Assembly (NCBI GenBank): GCA_002189035.1
Contig: NEEC01000009.1
Span: 806,001 to 870,000, forward strand
DNA length: 64,000 nucleotides
Direction: 5' to 3'
Source of the DNA: Utricularia gibba
Lineage: Eukaryota > Plantae > Magnoliophyta
In this document: in pieces, positions 40,573-54,101 of the stretch
How the letters are laid out: every line of letters begins with the position of its first letter
Numbering within the stretch: the stretch's first letter is position 1
Translations under genes and position numbers: made by a program
Notes under the pieces: generated by a model
Told to the model about the DNA's origin: nothing
Database searches by the model: none
Seen by the model: only the letters and a program-made list of their open reading frames with translations

Positions 40573-43500
40573 ATGACCTCTACGACAAATAGACGGGCTC
40601 ATGAAGATGGTGGGAGTGGAAGCAGTAGCGGTGGTGGCAACCAGAATCACCCTTCTCCAGCTGTAAAGTATCCACACGAGGATAAGCTTGCATATGGTGG
40701 TGGAGGAGGAAAGACTGTGGCTTCCTCTAGGCATGACTACCATGCTTCGTATGAAATGGGCCCTGAAAATCGGGCATCGAAAATTTCACCTCGAATTAAT
40801 GCACGTGATTCGGAAAAGAGACCATTGATTCCTAATTTCTCATACAGAGTGCTGCCCGCAAGTGATCCAGTCTCGGAGAATATTGGTTCGGATAACAGGA
40901 TGGAGCTCAGGGATCTGAATGATGGGATCAAGGACGTAATGCTGGAGGGTGGTGCGTCAAAGTTGGAACCTGAGGAGTTGCTTCGAGCAGCTAGTACTGA
41001 TAAGCACCTGGATAAAGTTGAAGATCATAAAGACGTAAAACATGATCTAGGTTCAAGTTCTCATAATGATTACATGCCGAAACCGTATTCCCATGGCCCT
41101 CAATTTCGTGTGTTGGATACTGCAAGAGACTCGTTGCATGTCGAGGAAAAACTACAGAATGAAGCTCATGAGGCTGTGGGGGAGAACCGAGATGATATCA
41201 AAGGGGATGATAAGCCCAAAGACAAAGATAGGAGAAGGAAAGAAGTGAAGCACCGGGAATGGGAGAAAGGGATAAAGACCGAAGTGATCAACGGAGCAGT
41301 TTGCAGCTGCCCAACATAAATGGTGAGAACAAAGATGTGCGAAGAGAGGAAGGAGAAACTGAAAGAGGGGAAGTGATGAGAAAGAACAGCAAAGGGATAG
41401 GGATAAACTTACTGAAAAAGACAAGGATCCAGTTAAGGAGGAATCATGGAGTGTTCCGGACAAAGAAGCTTTCATTAACGATAGAAGGCTCAGTGAGATT
41501 CCTGGAAAATGTGTGGATACAGAAAATTCTGTTCTAGAATCAAAGAAGAAAGAGAGTGATACATGCAAGAATCTTGAGAGGGAACCCAGGGACAAGAAGA
41601 AGGAAAGGGATGCTGATGTTGAACCCGAAAGATGTGAGAAGCGTATCAGGATTCATGAAAGAGAGCCTGATGAAACTGCCGTTGAAGGAGGTGTAGAGCG
41701 AGAAAAAGAAATTTTCAACTCCGGGGTCACTCAGAAAAAACGGATGTTGCGACCAAGGGGCAGTCCTCAAAGAGAGAATCGGGATAGCCGTTTCAGACCA
41801 GCTACTAATGATTTCGAGGGGTAAAAATTTCCTTTTTCTCATAATTTGGGAGGGTTTGCTTACTTGGTTTTCCATCTAAACTTTTATGAAGGATTTTAGA
41901 ATTCTTCCTTGATTTAATCTTGGTTATTGTATTATTCATGTTTAATTTGCTCTGATGCAGGCATCAAAATAAGGCTGATGTGTCTTGTGTTTACAAAATT
42001 GGGGAATGTATGCAAGAACTTGTTAAGGTGTGGAAGGTATATGAACTTTCTCAATCAGATAAAACATCTGAAGGCCCTCAAAATGGACCTACTTTAGAAA
42101 TCCGCATACCAGCCGAGCATGTCACTGCAACCAATCGGCAGGTGAAAATCTTGTAATATGTCAAATGCTGTTATTATCGTGAAACATCATACTGTGGTTG
42201 TGTCTTGCATCTGATGATGTATGTCTCAACTCCTACTGTTTCCATATGTTTCTAAAACTGTTTACCACATATTTCACAAGTTTATTTTTTGGTGCAGGTA
42301 AGGGGTGGTCAGCTGTGGGGAACAGATGTGTACACCGTGGACTCAGATTTGGTAGCTGGTATGTTATGGGGAATATTGAAGTTATGCTGCTGCCCTCTAT
42401 TACTTGATTTATTGACAAAAAAGTGTGTTTCTTTCTAGTACTCATGCATATGGGATTCTGTCGCCCTACTGCTTCTCCTCCTCCATCTGCCATTCAGGAG
42501 TTGCGTGCTAGAATCAGGGTGCTTCCTCCACAAGATTGTATGTTTACAACATCCAATTTCTCGAAAAAGTGCAATGATTTAATACAATTCATAATAACTC
42601 AACTATTTATTTGCTCCTTAAGATAATCCATTAATAACTTTTAAAAACTTCCAGGTGTTTCAGTTTGGTAATTTTATCCTGCATAAGGATTACCTTATAT
42701 TGTTTGATGTATTTCTACCCAACATTGTAGGCTACATTTCTACGTTGAGGAACAATGTTCGTTCCCGGGCTTGGGGAGCTGCAATTGGTTGCAGTTACCG
42801 TGTGGAGAAGTGTTGTATCGTGAAGGTGAGTCTACAGTTTATGAATCATTTACTATCTTTTGATTCGTAGTGTTTTTCACTTGCTTATAGAACACTAAAT
42901 GCAAAAAGTGTAGAGTGGTAGTCTACTGTAAATCTGATATTCTTGGTATACACTCCAGAAGGGAGGTGGAATCACTGATCTTGAGGCTTGCCTCACACAT
43001 TCGTCAACCATGGAACCTACTTTAGCTCCGGTGGCAGTTGAACGGACAATGACAACGCGAGCTGCAGCTTCGGTAATCCTTTTGTTTCATTATGGTATGG
43101 AAAATAAGATTATCTGACATTTGTCGCCAAACCTCTTTAGAATGCATTGCGCCAGCAAAGGTTTGTACGTGAAGTAACTATCCAGTTCAACCTCTGTATG
43201 GAGCCCTGGTATTCATATATGTGGTTCTTGTGACTTCTCCCATTTTAGCTCTCTAGATATTACCTCACTACTTTTTCCCCCATCTTCATTTTCAGGCTTA
43301 AATACAGCATAAGTGCTGTTGCTGACAAAGGTCTGAAGAGGTCGTTTTTTACATCAGCTCGCTTAAAGAAGGGAGAAGTTCTGTATGTGGAAACTCATAC
43401 CCGAAGGTAACTGTTTATAGCATATTGCTTGTTGCACTCAATTTCCAAAAGCCCTTTTTTATCATTGCATTTCTTCGTGCGAGCATTTTAGATACGAGCT

Positions 43501-43914
43501 ATGCTTTAATGGAGAGAAAGTAACCAAAAACTCAGCAGTCTCTCTTGCGGAAACTGGGAGAACCCATCCTCATGGTTCACATCATTCCAATGGTGAAAGA
43601 ACTGCAGCAGATGCCGAGAGCACCGTGGTTGATTTATTCCGTTGGTCCCGTTGCAAAAGACCACTTCCTCAAAAATTCATGCAGAGTATTGGAATCCCTT
43701 TGCCTCCTGAACATGTCGAGGTACCAATGGCTACTCAATGATGATGCTAACATTCTGTATATTTATCATGACGAGTTGTTATGAGATATGTTTCATACTT
43801 CAGATTTTGGAGGAAAATCTGGAATGGGAAGATGTATCATGGTCACAAACCGGGGTTTGGATTGCTGGGAAAGAATATCAACTTGCTCGTGCTCACTTCC
43901 TTGCACCAAATTAG
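40573..43914 (+). CDS. HDC1: Histone deacetylase complex 1 protein (Rxt3 domain); two apparent 1-bp deletions
   Basis: Charged N-terminal region and KKRMLRPRG, then YKIGECMQELVKVWK, GPTLEIRIPAEHVTATNRQVRGGQLWGTDVYT.DSDLVA, YISTLRNNVRSRAWGA, EPTLAPVAVERTM, QRFVREVTIQFNLCMEPW and LEWEDVSWSQTGVWIAGKEY.LAR.HFLAPN*. Confidence 0.9.
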
Positions 43915-44213
43915 AACTTGGTGATAAGTTATAGATCAAGGAGTCCATTGCTGGGGCCGTGGTTGAAAGGTAATAGATCGCTGTAAACTAGTTACTTTGT
44001 GCCTAAACTGAGTTTCGTTGGAGGAACAGTGTTTGTTTATCTGCTTTTATTTTCCTTAAGCTTCCGTGAGAAGTACTTCGACTGCAGATAAATGCCAAGG
44101 ATATTGGATAGATCTTAGTGTAGATAAAAGAGAGGGAGTGATCTTATGGAATCGATTAGATCCAATGTATAACAAATGGTATATCGATCATTAGAAAAGC
44201 GCATGGCATTGGT

Positions 44214-47200
44214 TCATTTGTTTGCGAGCATGTCACAGAACACCTCTGGCCTCTTGCATCCTAAACCAAGAGCCTGTAAACAGGAACAGCGTCGTTCATA
44301 AAGCTAATTATATGTGGGAGTGTGCACTACTCGTACTGATATAAGACATACCTGTACAGCAGAAGCAGCCCGGATCAAAAGAGACTCCGACCACGGTTTG
44401 CCAATGAATTGCAAGCCAATAGGCAAGCCATGTCTGTCATACCCCACCTGCAGAACAAGGTACATTTGAGGTACATTTTCATGTATGGAATGCATTAGAG
44501 GGGATCAGATTTTCACCAACTTACAGGTACTGTCACAGCAGGAAGCCCAAGGAAGTTCCCAGCTATTAGATATCTTACCAATGCAGCTGAAACATGAGCA
44601 GATTCTTGGTTTCTTACAGAGCAATCATGTGACAAGATCAGATATCTTTTTGCTTTGGTTTCTTCTTACCTCCATTAATGTAATCTAGCTCGCCGGTTTT
44701 CAAGCAATTGTCACGAATCGGGTATGCAGTCACACTTCCAAAAGCATATCATAAGTCAGTGGCATTTTGAGTCCTAAGTGAAGTATATTACCAGGGCAAT
44801 GGAAAAAGTAGTACCCAACGGTCGGGGTGACTATAACATCGGCTATGTTCAGTATCTGTTGGTGGAACTGAAGTTGCCGTTGCCTCATCTTCTGTGCATT
44901 CAGATACTCGTGGCTGTGGAAGGCGCAGTAAGCGGCAAACACTACTCGAGCATCCCACCCAAGCTCCGTCTTGTCTCTGTTGGTGTATAGAACAACAGAT
45001 TTTAATACCCAAGGAGATAATACAGGAAGGATCCTCTCTGATATTCATTCTATTACTCAGACTTACGCTTTCTTGTAGTTCAAAGACTTACACTTTGTTG
45101 AGATATTTTGACATTGAGTGACTTGCTTCGGATCCCATGGTTACATAATGAGCTAATCTCATAGCTTCTATGTCTGGTAAGGTCACATCTACGATCTTGA
45201 GAAGGGAAACGATCAGCATAGTGAGTCAGTTGTCAGCAATATTTCAGGTGCAGAGTGAAGGGTATGGCTGTGTATGGCATCTTACATCCCAACCATAGGT
45301 TTTCGTTAACTTGTTTATGGCGATGTCGCAAGTCATTCGAATATCTTCCGAACAGTCATCGAACCACTGCCCAGGCGTGCAAAGGTGAAAGAATATGAGC
45401 AAAAACAGTGTTGGGATGGAAGAAGAAAAAGAGCACACCTTGCCATATCTTGCCATTTTGATTGGGTGGCTAAATGAGTTCAGAAGTGGCAGCCCGACTT
45501 TCGGCTGGTTCACAGTAGCAGAAAGATGAGAATCCAGAATGCAATATATCGGAGAGAAAATGCAGAAGATCATGCACTGTTGGTACCAGTGGAACTCCAT
45601 GGTGATCACAGGAAGTGCCTCCACTCATAGCTGCGTAACTGCAAGAATATGGATGTTCATGATGTTCATGCCATTGAAGCTGAATAACGAAATGAAACTC
45701 GGGAAGATTACCATATCATTGCATCTTCTATCGTTGCTGACAAAATTCCAACCATTCCAACAGTGTAGTTCATAGGAAGAACTCTGCAAGTAACAACTAT
45801 TGATGTGATGATGGATGAATGAAATACATGTTCTTATCAGAGCGAGATTTGAGTTATCATCAGCGCATACCCATCATGTGGTAAGCATCCAAAGGTCGGC
45901 TTGAGGCCGACGACTCCGCAAAGGGCTGCAGGAAGTCTCACCGATCCTGCATCACCGTTACATTTCAGAAAAAACAGCCATCTCTATCATGAATTTTTCT
46001 GTAACGTGATCACATGAAAGCAGCAAAATCACCTCCTCCGTCAACACCAAGTGCAACAGGGCACAGTCCAGCAGCCACCACTGCTGCAGATCCACTTGAA
46101 GATCCTCCAGTTATCTTCCTCCGGTCATATGGATTTCTACACGCCCTGGCATGATCATATCGATTCTCAAGTTTTCCTGCTGGATTTTATAGAAACATAC
46201 CGTACCAGGGGAGACGAGACGACTCACCCGTAATGTGGATTGATTCCACTTACCCCAATCCCAAGTTCGTGCATATTCGTCTTCCCAACGATCATGGCGC
46301 CACAAGCTCGAAGACGGCTAACACAGACTGCATCACGCTTATATTGTCTGACATGGTGCAGCCACGTTGTACCTCCTAAGGAAACGTTCTTTTAGCCACC
46401 TCACTCCGAATTCAGAGAAAAATGAAAATGTAGAGGGTTCTGGATCGCGATGTACCTGTGGTTGGATAGGGCAGGCAGTCAAATTCATCTTTCACCGCAA
46501 CAGGAACTCCGTCGAGAACAGATAACGCTTCCCCTGTAAAAAGGCCACCCATCATTTTTCCAGTTCATCTCCACAATCTGGTCGAGGAATTACGTAATCG
46601 AAAACCCAAACCTCTTTTATACCGAAGAGTTGATTCCCTGGCTTGACTCAGAATATCGTTCTCATCGTAATTGATGAAGAACGACATTCGAAGCTCTCCA
46701 TCCTCCAATTCCCGCACGAAATTCAAAAATCGCTCCGCAACCACCGTCGGAGTAATTCTCCCGGAGGCATAGGCATTGGCGTAATCCAACACCGTCCATC
46801 TCTGGAAACCCAATTCAGGGTCCCTCTTGATCGAATCAGCCGACGATTCAACACAATCCACCGCCTGCCCCACTTTCTCCGGCGACGACAAATCGGGCTC
46901 GATTAACTTCACATTCTTTTCGACGTTTTCTGTATTCCATGTCGCGTTTCACAACGTTTCATAAACTCCGTTACCTTCATTTCAGGTGTTCAGATCAGTT
47001 ACCTTCACAAGGATGACACGGCAGAAACAGGGGAGGCTCCTTCAGTTCCGCGAACGAAATCAGCTGCGAAAAAAAAAAAAAAAATCACACAAAAGAATTA
47101 AAAATAAAATAATATAAAATATCAGTTTCCCCCGGGAGGAAAGGGCACAAGGTTCTTCCCGCCGGGCAGTCTGATCTGTCAAACAGCGACAGTTGTACAG

Positions 47201-47916
47201 ATGCGCAAATTGTGGGGCCCTGTCCTACTATTTTCTTACATTATTCAACTTTCTATTTAAATAACAAAGATTGTACACACAAACCAATAACCAAACCTAA
47301 ACTATACCAACTATCTATAAGATAATAATAATATTGTAAAATTTTCGGTTTCTGATGCTATCATTTGCATTTCTCTTCGGATCCGATAGACGTGACAAGA
47401 GTAAATAGCACATTTATTTATAATCGATATCTTTATAATTGTGATGATTAGTTGCAAATCAGTCCCATTTAGTCATGAGAAACCATTCATAGGAAAAATT
47501 AGAAAAATGAAAAAATTTGAGTAAAAAAACGTAAAATCATGATAATTATATGTTCAATCGTATTAGATGAGTTAATTTGGAAATTATGTAATAAAAGTAA
47601 TCATCTTATATTGAAAAAGATGGAAAGTAAAATTACCCTATGAATCTTATTGAGTCTGATTAGGACGTAGAGAAGTATGGCTCCGATGACCGGAGCCTCG
47701 AGAATCAACGCAAACGCCTTGATCAGCACCCCGGCAACCCGCGGAGCTGCGACAGAATCCACGTTACTTATATACATAAACCATGCGAAGCTCGACATTC
47801 TGACCGGCTGGCTGGCTACCTTTGACGTCGCCTGAGATGTAGGGATAGCCGCTGTCGGGACCAAGATCGACATTCGGAACTTCATCGTAAACCTCGCCCC
47901 GTCTGAGGAAATCCAT
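44214..47916 (-). CDS. FAAH: Fatty acid amide hydrolase (amidase signature family), group II-like
   Basis: Starts [23 protein letters not shown], then [26 protein letters not shown], amidase signature [52 protein letters not shown] and [13 protein letters not shown]. Stop at 44216-44214. Confidence 0.92.
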
Positions 47917-48112
47917 CTCCGTCCCCCTCGGACAGCCGCCTCTCTGTCTCGGGTGTACAGGTGGCTATTCCTATTTGTAGGGTGGGGAGGAGAATAGAAC
48001 CAACGCAGATTGCTGGTTTTGAGGAGCCCCGCTGGATGCCCCTGGACTGGGAATCCCCACCTCCCATAATTATTATTTTCTTAGTAATAATAATATCGTA
48101 AAATAAATGGGA

Positions 48113-48166
<54 letters not shown>
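48113..48166. repeat. (AAT)18 microsatellite
   Basis: 54 bp of perfect AAT units about 200 bp upstream of the FAAH ATG. Confidence 0.95.
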
Positions 48167-48167
<1 letters not shown>

Positions 48168-48389
48168 GGCCCGTATTTCTCGTGGCATTAAATGGCCTAG
48201 AATTTAGCTGTATTCAATTATTATTATGAACTATTTGAAAATAATAATAAAAAAAATCATCAGTTGATGAATCCGAGCATATTAATAGCAGTACATGTGG
48301 ATGTGAGGTGCATAGTGCAAGCAGCTACCCAATTGCTTTAATGACAGCCGCCCCTCCTTCTATATTAAAAATTATATATATTTTATTAT

Positions 48390-50562
48390 TGTGTGTTGTG
48401 TTGATATTATTAATATAAGGACAGAATGGTACAAGGAGATTAATTTGTGTATATATATATATATATAATATTCAATTTGTAGGATTAAAACTCTATTATA
48501 TATTATGTTGAATGAAGTTGAGAATTCATCTTTCATTATCTTAATGATGTGATTAGAAAAGGAAAATCATGTGCTTTGTACTATAGATTTTTTAATTATT
48601 TTGTTCACGTTATAAGTTGATGGTATTTTTGAAATTGTATAGAAATTTGGATCAAGTCTTCACCATACACAAACTTGTCACTATATGTACATTTAATCTC
48701 AAGAATTCATTTGTTTGTATAGAGTGTTATTATAAAGTAATGTTACTTGATATAATATCATCTTTATTTAATACGATTATAGAATAAATAATGCATAATA
48801 CACTTTGTAATACAGATTTTTTAATTATTTTTTACACTATAAGTTTCCCACAAATTCACAATCATTTTTTAGATATTGAAATAAATTTAAATTTAAATAA
48901 ACTGTCCTTCAGTGATTTAAATAAATTCCCTTCTATTAATTTTTTTGATTATTCATTTATTTAAATAAATAAATATATATATATATATATATAATTGTGT
49001 GTTGTGTTGAGATTATTAAGATAAGGACATAATGGTATAAGGAGATTAATTTGTATATAATATTCAATTAGTAGGATTAAAAATATATTATGTTGAATGA
49101 TGTTCATCTTTCATCATCTATTATTAATGATGTGATTTGAAAAGGAAAATCATGTGCTTTGTACGATAGATTTTTAAATTATTTTTGTTAAAGTTGAATG
49201 GATGTACCAGAACCTATTTTTGGATTGTAGGTGCAGTCGATATTTTGGTACCTCGAGGTGTTTTTTTATGGTTGGTTTGATTCGAGAAACATAAATAAGG
49301 GTAGACGGAAATTTTTACGTGGAAAACATCGAAGGACAAAAAAACTACGGAGCTATTGGAATTCGTTATGGAAAATTTTTACTAGACATAGATGGTGGAG
49401 AAAGATATAAGTTGGGAGGTTTAGGGTCGAACCCCTTCACCGTAATTATTTCTTCTATTTATAGAAGAACTCAATCTGACCGAATCCTAACATTCGTAGA
49501 TATCGGCTATTTTCTGCACATACTATGCGATCTTGCTTTTCAGATATTGACCGTCTGTTATGCTGTAATTCGACCGCTTTTCAGACTGTGTCATACGGCC
49601 ATCGCTGTCAGATTTCTGACAAATATCGATCTATTGACTAGCATTATCCCCTTAAAGTCTCTTTTTGCAGACTTTTAAAGCCGATTACCCTCGACCGATT
49701 TATCCTCCATCAATTTTTTTACATTATAAGTTGATGTTAATTCTAAAAGTATATTGAAGAAATAAATAGGATCATAGTTATAGAGAGTTGATTATTTTTT
49801 AGTTTTTTAAAAATAAATTTAGAATAAACGATATCAAAAGGAAACGACAAATTTTAAAAACAATAGAAACAATGAATTTGAATAAGTCTCCACCACATTT
49901 AGAGTTGTCACTATGTGTACATTTAATCCCAAGAATTGATTAGCTTGTATAAATTTTGGAAGTATTATTTTAAAATAATGTTATTCGATAATCAATATAA
50001 TATTATTTTCATTTCATAAGATTATAGAATCAACAATGTATAATATACTTTGTAATATAAATTTTTAAATTATTTTTTTACACTATAAGTTTCCCACAAT
50101 CATGTTTAGATATTTTAAATGTTTCTTGTCAATGCATATTTGAAATAAATTTAAATAATAAAATAAATTATTTTTATTTTTTAAAATAAATGATAATAAA
50201 ACAAAATACATACTTTAAAAATAATAAAAACAATAAATTTGAATCAAGTCTCCACCATGTAAAAACTTATCTCTATATGTGCATATAATCTTATGAATTA
50301 ACTCATTTGTGTAAGTTTTGAAAATATTATTTGATAATAGTGCTATTCGATAATGAGTATAATATCATTTTCATTTAATGAAATTATGAAATCAACCGCT
50401 TTTGTATTATAGATTTTTTAATTATTTTTTTACACTATAAAGTTTCCCAGGCCACAACCATGTTTTCGATATTTGAAATTTTTATTCTCCAAGCATATTG
50501 AAATAAATATAAATTTAAATAAACAGTCTTTCATGGATTTAAATAAATTCTCTTCTATTAAT
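48390..50562. repeat. Locally duplicated/triplicated AT-rich segment (unit A x2, unit B x3)
   Basis: Unit A starts TGTGTGTTGTGTTGA at 48390 and 48996 and shares AAAAGGAAAATCATGTGCTTTGTAC. Unit B (AATTTG.AT.AAGTCT.CACCA...TTTTTTACACTATAA.GTTTCCCA) occurs at about 48643, 49874 and 50235. Confidence 0.85.
49203..49712 (-). mobile_element. Probable solo LTR or LTR fragment (about 510 bp)
   Basis: More GC-balanced block bounded by TG...CA. It has a CTATAAATAG TATA box on the minus strand (49464-49455) and short internal direct repeats (GCTTTTCAGA at about 49535 and 49576), and it interrupts repeat unit A copy 2. No clean target-site duplication was found. Confidence 0.45.
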
Positions 50563-50759
50563 AAAAAAATATTTCAATCTTGAATTTATTCAAAAAAAAT
50601 AAAGTAATTTATAATAATTATATTAAATTAACTTAATCCCATGAACAGTAATAACTCAAAATAAAGTGCAGGTACATGGTTCCGGTCTTCAGCCTGAGGA
50701 GGAAAAACAGAGCAAGAACAGTACTAAACAAGCGCGCTAGCTGCATGAACCCAACCTCT

Positions 50760-53321
50760 TCATAGCTCATCCTTGACGGAGTCCGTCGCTTCGACGACTT
50801 CCGGCTCCGGCGAGGCTGAAGTTTCCTCAGCCGGCTTATCCCGGTTGTCTTCGATGAACTTGATGATGTCCTCCTTCGTTCTATCTCCGTTGTACAGAGA
50901 AAGGTTGCCACCGGACGATCTGAAGTACACGGTGGGGAAGCCTTGGACGTCGAAGGTGGCGCGGGGGACGTCGTTGGTCGTCGCATCCTGAAGGGAGTGA
51001 AGAACCGGAGTTAAAACGGGAGGAAATCCCGGAGAATGGAAATCAGGAGGGTGGAGAGGGAGCTCACGAATTTGGCGATTACGACATTCTCGTCGTTTTG
51101 AAAGGAGATGGCTACTTCTTCAAGGATGGGAGCCAACTTTTGGCAATGTCCACACCAGGGAGCGTAGAACTCCAGCAGAACTGTTGAAAAGTACAAGGAA
51201 TCGAAGAAAATGATCATTCCCAGATGTGGAATAAGGAGTTAAGCATGTTGTATTGCACCTACCGTTCTTCCCTGAGTTAAAAACTATGTCGTCGAGGCTA
51301 TCACGCACGACAACCTTCACAAGTTCATCATTTACTTCAGGAATGGGATCTGATTTTATGAACGGCTTCAGTAGTCCACTCTGCAGACACCCCAATTCCA
51401 AGGTAAAGAACTATAGCATGGAGTTGTTCGGTGTATTATAAAGGTAAAAGGTGATGGAACCAGTGAATACATCATACTCCGCCAACCATGGAGCAATGTG
51501 GTCTACTTCAATGCTTTCTTTCACGTATTTCTCACCATCGGATTTCATTATAACAAGCAAAGGAACATTCTCTGCCTTAAGTCCAAAGTACTGCAATCCA
51601 AGAATAACAATGTTTATGGTGCTTGAGTTATGATCTCGTCAGCAAGGGATGGGAAACCTACCTGGAAAGCATTTTTGGCAGCATCAGCATCACCCAAAAG
51701 AAAAGTTAACCCCTTTCCTTTATGAATGGTAGCTACGTTCTTATATTCAGATTGGAAAGTATCCAGCTCTTTGCTGAAGTTGATGAAGAACATGGCCTGA
51801 AAGGATATGAGTTTGCATAGGGCTGACTTTAGAAAAAAGAAATTGATAGATTGGCACTGGAAAGTTGAGCTGTACCTTATCACCAGGGCTTTGAAAGAAT
51901 TTACCGACATATGGGTGATTCCTGGTATCACTGTCCCACACAGTTACAATTGGGATCGTAGAGGATTCAATGAACTTTTCCAGAGAGTCGACAGCAAAGT
52001 CCTGGTCACAGTAACAATGTTTCTTCAGCTTTTATATGTGAAAAATAATGGGAATGTGAAAGATATGTCACTGGAAGGTACCTCAGAATCAACAAAAAGC
52101 TCATCAAAAGGCTTGAGCAAGCGGATAGTCGGCTTAGTTACTGGTTCACCCCGAGGAATGTGCTTAGCATCAACTGTGTGACCAAAGCCATAATCTGACC
52201 GCAGCTTCTCTGCCAAAGCGGTGTAATTCTGATACTCCTCCCAGAAAATTCGGGAAAAATTCCAACCTAGTACAAGAAAGTGAGGCACTTGAGAGGAGGA
52301 AGGACCAATGAAGGAGACAAAAACACATTGAAGGCATGATCAACTCACAATAAAAATACTCTGCTCATCAATAAGGCCGGCAGCATCCTCAGTTGATTTA
52401 ATTTCAGTGGATGCAGGACCAAGCTGTTTCTTCAAGTAATCAACGATACCATCAGCATCACGAGGACCTTTGTACTCTTGAACATACTTTCCACCGTTTC
52501 TAAGGATTTTAATGGTGGGAAAACCTTGGATCTCAAATTCAGTTGCTAATTCTCGATTGCTTTCTTCATTTGCATCAACTTTTGCCAGCACAATTGGAGG
52601 ATCATGGCTGCTCAATGCAACCGCGGCTTTCTCATACTGTGGTGAGCACAGATCATAAAAAGTCAGCATAAAAGCAATGCATCGAGTGAATCCAAACCCG
52701 AATACAGGAAAAGACAATCACCTCTGGAGCAAGTGCCTTACAGTGACCACACCTGTTACAAAAAAAAAAAAAAAAAAAAAGGGAAAGGGAACTTAAAATC
52801 TCATTCATATCGCTATGAAACACATGACCTACTGACAAAAAAAAAGATGAACAAATGGCCATGAAAAGCTTCCTACTAAAATTTCAGGAACCCTTTGATA
52901 AAAAAATCAAATCGATAGAATCACATAAACGCAACCGAATTGAATTTTGCATTCTACATTGCAGCAAACCCACTGCATATCTCATTCTTAACCGAAAAGA
53001 ACCCAGCATCGCAGCCAGCAAGTAGTAGTATTCCAAACAAAGATTTATTCAATAGGACTCACAAACGAATCCAGATCTCGTTGGAGCAAATCAATTCAAC
53101 TAAAGCACGAGCAAGCAGACTTCCCAATACCGATAGAAAACAACTTACCACGGTGCGTAGAACTCAACAACGATGAAATCGTGCTGGGCTACAGTATCCC
53201 TGAAGTTGGAGTGGTCCAAGGTCAACACCTTTTCCACCTCCGCCGACACCTGCCATAGACTCAGCAGCGCTACAACCGCAATGAAGCCCATGACAACTCC
53301 CCCACAAACCCTAGTCCCCAT
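50760..53321 (-). CDS. PDIL1: Protein disulfide isomerase, a-b-b'-a' type (PDIL1 class)
   Basis: Signal peptide [27 protein letters not shown], two thioredoxin sites ([16 protein letters not shown] and [15 protein letters not shown]), [20 protein letters not shown] and the ER retention signal KDEL*. Confidence 0.95.
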
Positions 53322-54101
53322 CCGCGCGTGTCACTCACTTCCCTTCTCCCCTCCCCAAAACACACAACAAAAAAACCGAAACTTTTCTTCCGGACTTTTC
53401 TTCAACAGGCTTTGCATGTGACCGATCGATCGCTCGTCAGTCCAATTTATACGCCATTAGCCCGTGACGCCAGGTGGCAGACTACAATGACGTGTCTGAC
53501 GCCTATTGGGTGCAGACACGTGTACACGTAGAATACTGCAATGATGGGTTTTGTCCGAATTTATCCCTAATATAGCAATTAGACATTAAAAAGAATACAC
53601 AATAAAAAATTACAAATTTCTAAAAAAACATAATGTTTTTGCCACATCATCGTCTTCTTCCTCTGCTTGTCATCCCGCCACTTCATCGCTTCAAGAATAT
53701 AAATTTCTTAAGAAAGGGGAAAGTATTCAGCTCGTTCATCGTAAGTCTAGATCCGAATCGGGGTCAAGAGAAATTTACACCCCAACTCGAAATCAAACAA
53801 TCAAACCAGAATTGGCTATCGAACAGCATCGGCATATCGTTCATCATTTCATGCACCTTGTGAGCTTCTTCAACCAGTTCAGCTTATCTTCAGTCTCCCA
53901 CGTTTCATTGCAGCCGCAAATTAGAGCAGAAGGTGATCCATATGATGACCGCAGGTTCAAAGGGTCGAAAACAGGGAATCCTGGAACCTTTCTGACAGCG
54001 ACGAGGGAGTACTCGAAACAGAAAGCTCACGAATGCTTTTGATGTTCCCAGCGGGATGGACTGCAAATTGCACCGTGTTGATGCGAAAAGAGTTGCGGGT
54101 C

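Noticed and set aside
47882-48067. uORF overlapping the FAAH start
   Set aside because: Its ATG lies upstream of a TATA-like CTACAAATAG and is probably not transcribed.
49319-49678. 119-aa ORF
   Set aside because: It lies inside the LTR-like block, has a non-ATG start and shows no protein motif.
51800-51808. U12 donor-like ATATCCTTT on the PDI strand
   Set aside because: It is simply the pyrimidine tract of a normal GT-AG acceptor (..ATATCCTTTCAG|GCC ATG).
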